NCBI GenBank assembly: GCA_035717085.1
Contig: DASTIY010000177.1
Coordinates: 1 to 59,313 of the forward strand
Source: Casimicrobiaceae bacterium
GTDB lineage: Bacteria; Pseudomonadota; Gammaproteobacteria; Burkholderiales; Casimicrobiaceae
Direction of reading: 5' to 3'
DNA length: 59,313 nucleotides
The notes beneath the pieces are model-generated. The model saw only the letters and a list, made by a program, of their open reading frames with translations, made no database searches and had not been told where the DNA came from. The position numbers and the translations under genes are program-made. Below, piece by piece: positions 27,048 to 40,705 of this stretch. How positions within the stretch are numbered: position 1 is the stretch's first letter; each line of letters begins with the position of its first letter.

Positions 27048-28247
27048 ATGACCTTCGACCCCGTCGCCCGCATTCGCTGCTGGGCCGACGACTTCACCCG
27101 CATCCGCCGCGACCTCCACGCGCATCCGGAGCTCGGCTTCGACGAGCATCGCACTGCGCGCCTCGTCGGCGATACGCTCGACGCCTACCGCATCGAGCAT
27201 CACGCGGGCATCGGCAAGACCGGCATCGTCGCGGTCGTCGAAGGCCGGCGTGACACGCAGGGCCGCCGCATTGCGCTGCGCGCCGACATGGACGCGTTGC
27301 CGCTGCAGGAAGAGAACGATTTTCCGCACAAGTCGCGCTACGACGGGCGCATGCACGGCTGCGGTCACGACGGGCATACGACCATGCTGCTCGCCGCCGC
27401 GCGCTATCTGCACGAGACGCGAGATTTCGACGGCGTCGCATTCCTGATCTTCCAGCCCGGCGAGGAAGGTCATGCCGGCGCGAAGGCGATGATCGACGAC
27501 GGCCTCTTCACGCGCTTTCCGGCCGAGCGAGTCTTTGCCCTTCACAATTGGCCCGCGTTGCCGCCTGGCAAGATCGGCATCACGCCGGGGCCGGCGATGG
27601 CGGCCGCCGATCGGATCGAAATCGTGATCGACGGGCGCGGCGGGCATGGCGCGCATCCGCACATCGCCGTCGACCCGGTGCTCGTCGCCGGGCACATCAT
27701 CACCGCCGTGCAATCGATCGTGAGCCGCAATGTCAGCCCGATCGATACCGCGGTAATCAGCCTCTGCGCGATGCAATCGGGCAATCCCGGCGCGTTCAGC
27801 GTCATCCCCGCGCACGCGAAGCTCGTCGGGACCGTGCGCACGTTCCGTCCGAAGACGCAGGACCTGATCGAGCGCCGGCTGCACGAGCTCGTCGGGTCCA
27901 TCGCCGCCGCGTTCGGTGCGCGGGCCACGCTCGACTATCAGCGCGTGTATCCGCCGACGATCAACCACGAGGCCGATGCCGAATTCGCCGCGCAAGTCGC
28001 GGAGACGCTGGTGGGGCGGGACAACGTCGTGCGCAATCTCGATCCGTCGATGGGCGCCGAGGATTTCTCGTTCATGCTGCAGGCGAAGCCGGGCGCGTTC
28101 GCGCGCCTCGGACAGGGCGGTGCCGAAGACGGGGCTTTCCTGCACAGCAGCCGCTACGACTTCAACGACAGCGTGTTGCCGCTCGGCGCCGCGTACCTCG
28201 CGTCGCTGGCCGAGCGCGCGATGCCGTTGCCTGAATCGTCCGGATGA
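27048..28247 (+). CDS. M20D amidohydrolase (hippurate hydrolase-like)
   Basis: RRDLHAHPELGF, LRADMDALP, MHGCGHDGH, FQPGEE, GAEDF. Confidence 0.93.
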   Translation: MTFDPVARIRCWADDFTRIRRDLHAHPELGFDEHRTARLVGDTLDAYRIEHHAGIGKTGIVAVVEGRRDTQGRRIALRADMDALPLQEENDFPHKSRYDGRMHGCGHDGHTTMLLAAARYLHETRDFDGVAFLIFQPGEEGHAGAKAMIDDGLFTRFPAERVFALHNWPALPPGKIGITPGPAMAAADRIEIVIDGRGGHGAHPHIAVDPVLVAGHIITAVQSIVSRNVSPIDTAVISLCAMQSGNPGAFSVIPAHAKLVGTVRTFRPKTQDLIERRLHELVGSIAAAFGARATLDYQRVYPPTINHEADAEFAAQVAETLVGRDNVVRNLDPSMGAEDFSFMLQAKPGAFARLGQGGAEDGAFLHSSRYDFNDSVLPLGAAYLASLAERAMPLPESSG

Positions 28248-29335
28248 CGCTCGAATTCGCAACCGCGTTCCCTGCGACGTACGCGCAGGCGCGCGAGCGC
28301 TTCGTGGCGCAAGCGAGGACCGCCGGTCGCGAAGTCGAATCGCATGTGCATCCGCATTGGCGCGGCGCCAACGGCGAAGCGCTCGCCATCGACGTGGTTC
28401 TGCTCGGCCCGGCGGACGCCGCATCGCTGCTGGTGTTGTCGTCAGGCATGCACGGCGTCGAGGGCTTCGCCGGTTCCGGCTGCCAGGTCGCGCTGATGCA
28501 GGATCCGTTGTTCGCGGAAGCGCTTGCGCGCTCTGCGACCGGCGTCCTGTTCGTGCATGCGCTGAATCCGTATGGCTTTTCGCATCTTCGCCGTGCGAAC
28601 GAGGACAACGTCGACCTCAATCGCAACTTCCGCGATTTCGCAGCGACGCCCATCGCGAACGTCGCGTACGCCGAAGTGCATCGGCTGGTCGTCCCCGACA
28701 CGTGGCCACCGCCGCCCGAGAATGCGCAGGCGATCGGTGCGTATCTCGCGCGCTACGGCATGCGGCAGTTGCAGGCGGCCGTCAGCAGCGGACAGGCCGA
28801 GTTTGCCGACGGGTTGTTCTACGCCGGCCGTGCGCCGACGTGGAGCAACGTGGTGCTGCGCGAGGTGCTTGCGCGTTACGGCCGTGCGCGGAAGAGCGTC
28901 GGCTGGATCGACCTGCACACGGGCCTTGGTGCGTGGGGCCACGGCGAGAAGATCCTGAACGGGCCGAACGACAAGGCGTCGCTCGCGCGCGCACGGCGGT
29001 GGTTCGGCGACGACGTCACGTCGATGTACGACGACTCGTCGTCGTCGGCGTTATTGACGGGCGCGTCGTTCCACGCGGCGGTGCAGGCGTGCCCGGGCGT
29101 CGAGTTCACCGGGCTCACGCTCGAGTTCGGCACGCAGTCGTATCGCGACGTGTTCGACGCGTTGCGCGCCGAGCAGTGGCTCGTCAATCATCCGCAGGCC
29201 GACGATGCAACGCGGCGTGCGATCAAGCAGCGTCTGCGCGATGCGTTCTACGACGAGCGCGACGCGTGGAAAGGGATGGTGTACGGGCAGGCGCGCGCGG
29301 CGGTGCTGCAGGCGCTGCGCGGCCTCGCCGCCTGA
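28244..29335 (+). CDS. DUF2817 / M14-like zinc metallopeptidase
   Basis: SGMHGVEG, LNPYG, NEDNVDLNRNF, DLHTG, LEFGT. Confidence 0.85.
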   Translation: MTLEFATAFPATYAQARERFVAQARTAGREVESHVHPHWRGANGEALAIDVVLLGPADAASLLVLSSGMHGVEGFAGSGCQVALMQDPLFAEALARSATGVLFVHALNPYGFSHLRRANEDNVDLNRNFRDFAATPIANVAYAEVHRLVVPDTWPPPPENAQAIGAYLARYGMRQLQAAVSSGQAEFADGLFYAGRAPTWSNVVLREVLARYGRARKSVGWIDLHTGLGAWGHGEKILNGPNDKASLARARRWFGDDVTSMYDDSSSSALLTGASFHAAVQACPGVEFTGLTLEFGTQSYRDVFDALRAEQWLVNHPQADDATRRAIKQRLRDAFYDERDAWKGMVYGQARAAVLQALRGLAA

Positions 29336-29349
29336 TCAAGTCGAAAGCA

Positions 29350-29417
29350 GGGTCGGACCCGGGTCAGACCCTACTTCATTCGCATCGCGAAAGTCGGGTC
29401 TGACTCGGGTGTGACCC
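29350..29417. repeat. Inverted pair of 22-bp GGGTCGGACCCGGGTCAGACCC REP-like elements
   Basis: 29350-29371 and inverted 29396-29417 (19/22), 24-bp spacer. Confidence 0.75.
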
Positions 29418-29504
29418 TATTTTTGCCTCTATAATGCCGCGTCGTTTTCGCCCGCCCTCCGCCTGACGCGGCGTCTCTGCCGCGCGTTCTCGTCCGATTT
29501 CGCC

Positions 29505-32500
29505 GTGCGCCTCACGCAGATCAAGCTTTCCGGCTTCAAGTCGTTCGTCGATCCGACCACGATCGGCACCCCTGGCCAACTCGTCGGCATCGTCGGCCCC
29601 AACGGTTGCGGCAAATCGAACGTCATCGACGCCGTGCGCTGGGTGCTCGGCGAGTCGAAGGCGTCCGCATTGCGCGGCGAGTCCATGCAGGACGTGATCT
29701 TCAACGGCGCGGGCGAGCGCAAGCCGGTCGGGCGCGCGTCGGTCGAATTGCACTTCGACAACAGCCAGGGCCGCATCGGCGGCCAATGGGGGCAGTACGC
29801 CGAGTTGTCGATCAAGCGCATGCTGACGCGCGACGGCGACTCGACGTATTACATCAACAGCATTCCGGTTCGCCGCCGCGACATTCACGACCTGTTCCTC
29901 GGCACCGGTCTCGGCCCGCGTGCCTACGCGATCATCGAGCAGGGCATGATCTCGCGCGTCATCGAGGCGAAGCCCGAGGACCTGCGCGTGTTCCTCGAAG
30001 AAGCCGCCGGCGTGTCCAAATACAAGGAGCGCCGCCGCGAGACCGAGGGTCGCCTTGCCGACACGCGCGAGAACCTCTCGCGCGTCGAGGACATCCGCCA
30101 GGAGCTCGGCAACCAGCTCGCGAAGCTCGAGGAGCAGGCGAAGGTCGCCGGGCAATACCACGAGCTCGAGGGGCGCCATCGTCAGGCGCAGCACCTGCTG
30201 TGGCACGCGAAGGCGCAGGAAGCGCAGCGTGCGCGCGAGCGCCACGCGAACGAGATCGTCACGCTCACCGTCGCACTCGAAGGGCTGCAGGCCGACGTGC
30301 GCCAGGCGGAGACGCATCTCGTGCAACTGCGCGAGCAGCACTTCGCCGCCGGCGATGCGCTGCACGAGCGGCAGGCGGCGTTCTACGCGGCGAACGCCGA
30401 GGTGACGCGCCTCGAGCAGCAGCTCGCGTTCGCCCGCGAGAGCGAGACGCGCCTCACCGACCAGCTCGCGACATTGACCGAGCAGATCGGTGCGCTCGGC
30501 GGCCAGCAGACGGCGCTCGATGCCGAGCAGGCGAGCGCCGAGCAGTCACTCGCCGATGCGCTCGCCGCATGCGAGCGTACGCGCGCCGACGAGCAGCAGG
30601 CGCAGGCCGGCTTGCCCGAGCGCGAGGCCGCCGTCGCCGAAGCGACGCGCACGCTCGCCGAACTGCAGCAACAGATCGCGACGACCGAGCAGGAAACGCG
30701 TGTCGGCGAGGCCCGCCGCGACAGCGTCGCGCAGGCGCTGGCGCGCATCGCGGAGCGGCGTGCGCGCCTCGCGGCCGAACTCGAGACGCTCGCCGTGCCC
30801 GAGACCGACCCCGTGCGCGAAGTGGAGGAGCAACTCGCGCAGGAGTCGGCGGAGCTCGCGGGCAAGCAGCGGCTCACGCAGGAATTGCACGCCAGCGTCG
30901 AGTCGCTGCAGGCGCAGCAACGCGAAGCGGCGGAGGCGTCGCAGCGGGACAGCAAGCGCCTCGCGGACTTGGGCGCCCGCGCCGATGCGCTCGCCGCGCT
31001 GCAGGCGAAAATCGGTCACGGCAAGGACATCGACGCATGGCTTGCCGGGCGCGGGCTCGCGAACGCGCGCAGGCTCTGGCAGCTCGTCGACATCGAGCCG
31101 GGTTGGGACGACGCGCTCGAAGCCGTGCTGCGCGAGCGGATCGATGCGCTCGAGCTCGGTCAGCTCGACGACGCGCTTGCCTGGTTCGACGGCGACCCTC
31201 CGCCCGCGCGCCTCGCGGCGTTCGCTCGGGGCGGAGCGCGAGCCGAGACGACGTCGGCCGATGCGCTGCTCACGCGCGTTCGTGCCAAGGACCGCAGTTT
31301 CGACGCCGTGCTTGACGACGCGCTGTTCGGCGTGCGTTGCCAGCTCGACCTCGCCGCGGCACTCGCTGCCCGAAGCGAGCTTCGACCCGGCGAATTGTTC
31401 GTCACGCCCGAGGGGCATCGCGTCAGTGCACACGGTTTGGCCCTGTTCGCACCGGACAGCGAACTGCACGGCGTGCTCGCCCGCCAGCGCGAGCTCGACG
31501 AGCTCGCCCTTCAGCTCGACACGGCGAGCACCGCCGCGCAGCAGGCCAGGGCGGCGCTCGACGCGGTGGAACACGAGCTCGCGGACAAGCAGGCGGCGTG
31601 GCATCAGGAGAACGCTGCATTGGCGTCGCAGCAGCGGCGCTGTCACGCGCTCGAGCTCGAGCTCGTGCAATTGCGCCAGGCGGCGGAAGCGCAGGCGCGC
31701 CGGCGCTCGCAGATCGGGCAGGAGAGCGACGACCTCGCGCAGCAGCACGCGCAGGGCAGCGACGAGCACGCGGCGATCGTGCGCGACATCGCGGATCGCC
31801 AGTCGCGATTGCACGACGAGATGAGCCGGCGCGAAGCGGCGCGACATGCTCGCAACGAAGCCGAGGTGGCACTTGCGCGAAGCCGCGAGCACCTGCGCGC
31901 CGCCGAGCGCGCGGCACAGGAGGCGAGCTTCGCCGAGCGCAGCGCGCGTGATCGGCTCGCCGAGCTCGCACGTCGCCGCGAGTCGCTCGCTGCGCAGACC
32001 ACGCAGCAGCAGGCGCTGCTCGCGCAACTGACGAGCGAGCGCCAGGCGATCGACTGGACGCCCGTCGAGGAGGCGTTGCAGCGACAACTCGGCGCGCGCG
32101 GCGAAGCGGAACAGGCGCTGGCCGCTGCACGCAATCATCAGGAAGCGTTGACCGGCGAGCTGCGCAGCGCCGACGAAGCGCGGCTTCTCTGCGAGCAGAA
32201 GCTCGAGCCGGCGCGGGCGAAGATCCAGGACATGCAACTGAAGGAGCAGGCGGCCGCGCTCGCCGAGCAGCAGTTCGCCGAGCAGCTCGCGCAGGCGAAG
32301 GCCGAACTCGCGGCGCTGCCCGAGGCGTTGAAGGCGTGGGGAAGCGCGCGCACGCTGCCGGCCGAGATCGAACGGCTGACCAACGCGATCGCCGAGCTCG
32401 GGGCGGTCAACCTCGCCGCGCTCGACGAGCTCGCGCAGGCGTCCGAGCGCAAGAGCTATCTCGACCGGCAGGCCGCGGATCTCACGGAAGCGATGTCGAC

Positions 32501-33026
32501 GCTGGAAGCCGCGATTCGCCAGATCGACCGCGAGTCACGGGAGCTGCTTCAGCAGACGTTCGACATCGTCAACGCGAACTTCGCGAAGCTCTTTCCCGCG
32601 CTCTTCGGAGGCGGGGAGGCGAAGCTCGTGCTGACCGGCGAGGAGATTCTCGATTCCGGCGTGCAGGTGATCGCGCACCCGCCAGGCAAGCGCAATTCGA
32701 CGATCCATCAGCTCTCGGGGGGCGAGAAGGCGCTGACCGCGATCTCGCTCGTCTTCGCGCTCTTCCAGTTGAATCCGGCGCCGTTCTGCCTGCTCGACGA
32801 GGTCGACGCACCGCTCGACGAATCGAACACGCATCGGTTCTGCCAGATGGTGCAGGAGATGTCGGCGGAATCGCAGTTCCTGTTCATCTCGCACAACAAG
32901 ATCACGATGGAGATGGCGAACCAGCTCGTCGGCATCACGATGCCCGATGCCGGCGTGTCGCGCGTGGTCGCGGTCGACATCGCGGAAGCGCTCGAGCTCG
33001 CGGCCGAACCGCAGCTCGCGACGTAA
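29505..33026 (+). CDS. smc: Chromosome segregation protein SMC
   Basis: GFKSFVD, GPNGCGKSN, long coiled coil, LSGGEK, LDEVDAPLD; TATAAT at 29430-29435. Confidence 0.97.
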   Translation: MRLTQIKLSGFKSFVDPTTIGTPGQLVGIVGPNGCGKSNVIDAVRWVLGESKASALRGESMQDVIFNGAGERKPVGRASVELHFDNSQGRIGGQWGQYAELSIKRMLTRDGDSTYYINSIPVRRRDIHDLFLGTGLGPRAYAIIEQGMISRVIEAKPEDLRVFLEEAAGVSKYKERRRETEGRLADTRENLSRVEDIRQELGNQLAKLEEQAKVAGQYHELEGRHRQAQHLLWHAKAQEAQRARERHANEIVTLTVALEGLQADVRQAETHLVQLREQHFAAGDALHERQAAFYAANAEVTRLEQQLAFARESETRLTDQLATLTEQIGALGGQQTALDAEQASAEQSLADALAACERTRADEQQAQAGLPEREAAVAEATRTLAELQQQIATTEQETRVGEARRDSVAQALARIAERRARLAAELETLAVPETDPVREVEEQLAQESAELAGKQRLTQELHASVESLQAQQREAAEASQRDSKRLADLGARADALAALQAKIGHGKDIDAWLAGRGLANARRLWQLVDIEPGWDDALEAVLRERIDALELGQLDDALAWFDGDPPPARLAAFARGGARAETTSADALLTRVRAKDRSFDAVLDDALFGVRCQLDLAAALAARSELRPGELFVTPEGHRVSAHGLALFAPDSELHGVLARQRELDELALQLDTASTAAQQARAALDAVEHELADKQAAWHQENAALASQQRRCHALELELVQLRQAAEAQARRRSQIGQESDDLAQQHAQGSDEHAAIVRDIADRQSRLHDEMSRREAARHARNEAEVALARSREHLRAAERAAQEASFAERSARDRLAELARRRESLAAQTTQQQALLAQLTSERQAIDWTPVEEALQRQLGARGEAEQALAAARNHQEALTGELRSADEARLLCEQKLEPARAKIQDMQLKEQAAALAEQQFAEQLAQAKAELAALPEALKAWGSARTLPAEIERLTNAIAELGAVNLAALDELAQASERKSYLDRQAADLTEAMSTLEAAIRQIDRESRELLQQTFDIVNANFAKLFPALFGGGEAKLVLTGEEILDSGVQVIAHPPGKRNSTIHQLSGGEKALTAISLVFALFQLNPAPFCLLDEVDAPLDESNTHRFCQMVQEMSAESQFLFISHNKITMEMANQLVGITMPDAGVSRVVAVDIAEALELAAEPQLAT

Positions 33027-33106
33027 CCGCAGCCTCGACATGACCCGCGCTGTCGCGCCGATCCGCGTCGTATACTTCAACGCGTGATGCACACGCGCCG
33101 CGACGA

Positions 33107-36408
<3,302 letters not shown>

Positions 36409-36431
36409 GGCGACGAGAAACGAGGAATGAG

Positions 36432-37298
36432 ATGAAGAAGATCACGAAGGCGGTGTTTCCGGTCGCGGGCCTCGGCACGCGCTTCCTGCCGGTGACGAAG
36501 GCGAGCCCGAAGGAGATGCTCCCGATCGTCGACAAGCCCCTTATTCAATATGCGGTGGAGGAAGCCGCCGCGGCCGGCATCACGGACATGATCTTCATCA
36601 CCGGGCGCAGCAAGCGCGCGATCGAGGATCATTTCGACATGGCCTACGAGCTCGAGACCGAGCTCGCGCTGCGCAACAAGACCGCGTTGCTCGAGCAAGT
36701 CCAGGGGGCGACGCCGCCGGGGATCAACTGCATCTTCATCCGGCAGACGGAGGCGCTCGGCCTCGGGCATGCGGTGCTGTGCGCCGAGCCGGTCGTCGCC
36801 GACGCGCCGTTCGCCGTGTTGCTCGCCGACGACCTGATCGACGCCCGGGTTCCCGTCATGCAACAGATGGTGGAGATCGCGGCGCGCGAGGAGGCGTCGG
36901 TGATCGGCGTGATGCCGGTCGCGGCCGAAGCGACCGGCAGCTACGGGATCGTCGAGATCGAAGGACAGTTGCGCGGCAGGCTCGCGCCGATCCGGCGCAT
37001 CATCGAAAAGCCGAAGCCCGGAACGACGCCGTCGACGCTCGCCGTCGTCGGACGCTACGTGCTGTCGCCGCGCATCTTCCACCACTTGCGCACGATGCCG
37101 GAGGGCGCGGGCGGCGAGATCCAGTTGACCGATGGCATCGCGCGCCTGCTCGAGGAGGAGCGCGTGCTGGCGTACGAATTCGAGGGGCGTCGCTACGACT
37201 GCGGCAGCAAGCTCGGCTACCTCGAGGCGAGCGTCGATTTCGGCGTGCGCCATCCCGAGGTCGGCGCGGCGTTCGCGCGATACTTGAACAATCGATGA
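36432..37298 (+). CDS. galU: UTP-glucose-1-phosphate uridylyltransferase
   Basis: [32 protein letters not shown]. Confidence 0.96.
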   Translation: MKKITKAVFPVAGLGTRFLPVTKASPKEMLPIVDKPLIQYAVEEAAAAGITDMIFITGRSKRAIEDHFDMAYELETELALRNKTALLEQVQGATPPGINCIFIRQTEALGLGHAVLCAEPVVADAPFAVLLADDLIDARVPVMQQMVEIAAREEASVIGVMPVAAEATGSYGIVEIEGQLRGRLAPIRRIIEKPKPGTTPSTLAVVGRYVLSPRIFHHLRTMPEGAGGEIQLTDGIARLLEEERVLAYEFEGRRYDCGSKLGYLEASVDFGVRHPEVGAAFARYLNNR

Positions 37299-37311
37299 GC
37301 AGTACCGACGC

Positions 37312-38232
37312 TTGACGCTGAACGAGCTCCGCTACGTCGTCGCGGTTGCGCAGGAGCGCAGCTTCGGGCGTGCGGCGGCGAAGTGCTTCGTGAGCCAGCC
37401 CGCGTTGTCGGTCGCCATCCAGAAGCTCGAGGACGAGCTCGGGGCGCCGCTCTTCGAGCGCGGCAAGAACGAGGTGACGGTTACGCCGATCGGCGAGCGC
37501 ATCGTCGAGCAGGCGCAGAAGGTGCTGGAGGAGGCGGCGCGCATCCGCGAGATCGCGATCGGCGGACGCGATCAGCTCGTCGGCCCGCTGCGTCTCGGCA
37601 TCATTCACACCGTCGCACCCTACCTGCTGCCCGATCTCGTGGCCGAACTGCACGACGCCGCGCCGGAGATGCCGCTCGACATCGACGAGAACCTGACCGA
37701 GAACCTCGAGACCGGGCTTCGCACGGGACGGCTCGATGCGGCGATCGTCGCGCTGCCGTTCAACGTCGCGGGCGTCATCACCGAGTTCCTGTACGAGGAG
37801 CCGTTCCAGGTCGTCGTGCCGCAGGGGCACAAGTGGGCGAAGCGCAAGGCGGTCGCGCCCGACGAGCTCGCGAGCGAGCACACGATCCTGCTCAACGTGG
37901 GCCATTGCTTTCGCGACCAGGTGCTCGACGCCTGTCCCGAGCTCAACCAATCGGACGCGCAGGTGACGCGCACGAACTCGCTCGAGACCGTGCGCAACAT
38001 GGTCGCATCGGGCCTCGGCGTGTCGGTGCTGCCGCGCGATGCGCTCACGCCGCGCTATCACAGCCTGCTGGTCGTACCCGTGCCGTTCACGCAACCGGTG
38101 CCGACGCGGCGCATCGCGCTCGCCTACCGGCGAAGTTTCCCGCGACCGGCGGCGATCGAGGCCCTGCGCAAGAGCGTGCTGCGCTGCCGGGCTCGACCGG
38201 CACCACGAAAAGCGGGAAAGACTACACGTTGA
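37312..38232 (+). CDS. oxyR: LysR-family peroxide sensor OxyR
   Basis: CFVSQPALS HTH; GHCFRDQVLDAC with both redox Cys; SLETVRNMVASG. Confidence 0.88.
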   Translation: MTLNELRYVVAVAQERSFGRAAAKCFVSQPALSVAIQKLEDELGAPLFERGKNEVTVTPIGERIVEQAQKVLEEAARIREIAIGGRDQLVGPLRLGIIHTVAPYLLPDLVAELHDAAPEMPLDIDENLTENLETGLRTGRLDAAIVALPFNVAGVITEFLYEEPFQVVVPQGHKWAKRKAVAPDELASEHTILLNVGHCFRDQVLDACPELNQSDAQVTRTNSLETVRNMVASGLGVSVLPRDALTPRYHSLLVVPVPFTQPVPTRRIALAYRRSFPRPAAIEALRKSVLRCRARPAPRKAGKTTR

Positions 38233-38905
38233 CGATCGCCGGAATGTGACCGAGCGTCGCGACGACGAAATCGGGCTCCGGCGCGTGCCGCTCGATCGGC
38301 ACCCCTTGCCGGTTGATCCAGAACGTCGTGAAGCCGAATGCTTTCGCGCCGGCGGCGTCCCAGCCGTTCGCCGAGACGAACGCGATCGCCTCCGGCGGCA
38401 GTTGCAGGCGTTCGACGGCGAGACGGTAAACGGCGGGCGCGGGCTTGTACGTTTGCGCGGCGTCGACGGACAGGATGTCGTCGAGATACGGCGCGAGCGG
38501 CGATTGCGCAACGAGCGGTCGCAGCATCTCGAGCGTCCCGTTCGACAGGATGATCCGTGGGCGCGGCGCCAGTCGCGCCAGCATGTCGGCCGCATCGGCA
38601 AACGGCGCGAGCGTGCGATACGCCGCGACGAGCCGCTGCCGCTCGGCGTCACCGAGCGGAATCATGAGGTGCGCGATCGCGTAATCGAGTGCGCGCGCCG
38701 TCAACGTCGCGAAATCCGGGCGCGGAAAGCCGGGCGACGCCATCAACGCGGTGAGCCACGTGTATTCGAGCTGCTTCGCGCGCCACACCTGCGACAAGAC
38801 CGCGCCTTGCTTGGGCGCCAGTTCTTCGGCGAGCGTGACGAGCGAGTGGACGTCGTACAGCGTTCCGTACGCGTCGAAAACGAATGCACGAATCGGTGTG
38901 GACAT
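38222..38905 (-). CDS. Haloacid dehalogenase type II
   Basis: FDAYGTLYDV, WRAKQLEYTW, LSNG, YKP, VSANGWD..GA. Confidence 0.92.
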   Translation of the reverse strand: MSTPIRAFVFDAYGTLYDVHSLVTLAEELAPKQGAVLSQVWRAKQLEYTWLTALMASPGFPRPDFATLTARALDYAIAHLMIPLGDAERQRLVAAYRTLAPFADAADMLARLAPRPRIILSNGTLEMLRPLVAQSPLAPYLDDILSVDAAQTYKPAPAVYRLAVERLQLPPEAIAFVSANGWDAAGAKAFGFTTFWINRQGVPIERHAPEPDFVVATLGHIPAIVNV

Positions 38906-38916
38906 GAGCGTCGGGC

Positions 38917-38950
38917 AAAAAAAGAGGGGTTACACTCGCGCGTAACCCCT
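38917..38950 (-). terminator. Intrinsic terminator after tRNA-Val
   Basis: AGGGGTTAC-loop-GTAACCCCT followed by C and T7 on the - strand. Confidence 0.85.
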
Positions 38951-38959
38951 TGGTTCATG

Positions 38960-39034
38960 TGGTGGGCGATACTGGGTTCGAACCAGTGACCCCTGCCGTG
39001 TGAAGGCAGTGCTCTACCGCTGAGCTAACCGCCC
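38960..39034 (-). tRNA. tRNA-Val(CAC)
   Basis: GGGCGGTTAGCTCAGCGGTAGAGCACTGCCTTCACACGGCAG...TCGCCCACCA. Confidence 0.97.
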
Positions 39035-39230
39035 CGCGAACCCAGACAGGAGCCGCGATTTAACCATACCCCGGAGGGTAGTTCAAACGTCGGGGCGCGC
39101 TTCGTCAATGGATGTCTAAGACAAACACGCATCAAAGTGATTCAAACGTGCTCATTTGACGGCTGAACGCGCAGTCGCGGACCGGGGGAATGCTGCGGTC
39201 CCGTCTTGTTTCGACACGCTTTTCCCTCCC

Positions 39231-39246
39231 TGGCTCGCCTCTTGCA
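39231..39246 (+). promoter_or_regulatory. Sigma-54 (-24/-12) promoter
   Basis: TGGCTCGCCTCTTGCA: GG-N10-GC with TTGCA; weak NtrC-like box CGCATCAAAGTGATTCA at 39128-39144. Confidence 0.65.
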
Positions 39247-39301
39247 TGCGCTGACCCCTTCGCTTGTTGTATCCGCGCTGTCGTCGCGCTCGTACGACGA
39301 G

Positions 39302-40705
39302 ATGCGCGCTCCCGATGGCTGCGTGCGTCCGCACTACGCGTGCTTCGCGGAGTGGCTGCAATCGACAGGTCCGGAGCGCATCGCGCAAAAGCGCGAGGAA
39401 GCGGAACGCCTGTTCCATCGCGTCGGCATCACGTTCGCGGTCTACGGCGAAGAAACGGGCACCGAACGTTTGATTCCGTTCGACCTCGTTCCGCGCATCA
39501 TTCCCGCGCAGGAATGGGAGGTACTCGAGGCGGGGCTCGCGCAAAGGGTGCGCGCGCTCAACCTGTTCCTGCACGACATCTACCACGAGCAGGCGATCCT
39601 GCGCGCCGGCGTCGTCCCCGTCGAGCGCGTCCTCGGCAATACCCAGTTTCGCCGCGAGATGATCGGCGTGGACGTCCCACGCGGCGTCTACGCGCACGTC
39701 GCCGGCATCGACGTCGTGCGGTTGCCGTCGGGTCGGTACTGCGTGCTCGAGGACAACCTGCGCGTTCCGTCGGGCGTGTCGTACATGCTCGAGAACCGCA
39801 AGGTGACGATGCGGCTTTTCCCCGAGCTTTTCGCGGCGCAGTCGGTACGCCCCATCCAGCATTACCCGGACGCGCTGCTCGAAACGCTGCACGCGGTCGC
39901 GCCGGACGGCGTCGACCGGCCCACGGTCGCGGTGATGACACCGGGCCCGTTCAACTCGGCGTATTTCGAGCACGCGTTCCTGGCCCAGCAGATGGGCGTC
40001 GAGCTGGTCGAGGGGCAGGACCTCGTCGTCCAGAACGACACCGTCTACCTGCGCACGACGCGTGGGCCGCAGCGCGTGCACGTCATCTACCGGCGCGTCG
40101 ACGACGAGTTCCTCGATCCCAACGCATTTCGCGCGGACTCGATGCTGGGCGTTCCGGGACTCTTCGCAGCCTATCGCAAGGGCCGCGTGACGCTCGCCAA
40201 CGCGATCGGCGCCGGCGTCGCCGACGACAAGTCGATCTACCCGTACGTCCCGGACCTCGTCCGCTTCTATCTTTCCGAGGAGCCGCAACTCGAAAGCGTG
40301 CCCACGCTGGACCTCGCGCGGCCCGAGGATCGCGCCGAGGCGCTCGCGCACCTCGACCAGCTGGTCGTCAAGGAAGTGCACGGATCGGGCGGGTACGGCA
40401 TGCTCGTCGGGCCCGCGGCGAGCCGCGCCGAGCGCGACGAATTTCGCGCACGCATACTCGCCGCGCCCGAGCATTACATCGCGCAGCCGACGCTCGCGCT
40501 GTCGACGTCGCCGACGTTCGACGACGACCGGCTGGTCGCGCGGCACATCGACCTGCGACCCTACGTGCTCGCCGGCCGCGACATCACGCTCGTTCCGGGC
40601 GGGCTTACGCGCGTGGCGCTGCGCGAAGGCTCGCTCGTCGTCAACTCGTCGCAGGGCGGGGGAACCAAGGACACGTGGGTGCTCGCGGCGGAGGCGCCGT
40701 GCTGA
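39302..40705 (+). CDS. Circularly permuted type 2 ATP-grasp protein (DUF404/407)
   Basis: ERLIPFDLVPRII, LEDNLRVPSGVSY, NSAYFEH, VADDK, VVNSSQGGGTKDTWV; start uncertain (ATG 39302, CTG 39278, or 39206). Confidence 0.93.
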   Translation: MRAPDGCVRPHYACFAEWLQSTGPERIAQKREEAERLFHRVGITFAVYGEETGTERLIPFDLVPRIIPAQEWEVLEAGLAQRVRALNLFLHDIYHEQAILRAGVVPVERVLGNTQFRREMIGVDVPRGVYAHVAGIDVVRLPSGRYCVLEDNLRVPSGVSYMLENRKVTMRLFPELFAAQSVRPIQHYPDALLETLHAVAPDGVDRPTVAVMTPGPFNSAYFEHAFLAQQMGVELVEGQDLVVQNDTVYLRTTRGPQRVHVIYRRVDDEFLDPNAFRADSMLGVPGLFAAYRKGRVTLANAIGAGVADDKSIYPYVPDLVRFYLSEEPQLESVPTLDLARPEDRAEALAHLDQLVVKEVHGSGGYGMLVGPAASRAERDEFRARILAAPEHYIAQPTLALSTSPTFDDDRLVARHIDLRPYVLAGRDITLVPGGLTRVALREGSLVVNSSQGGGTKDTWVLAAEAPC

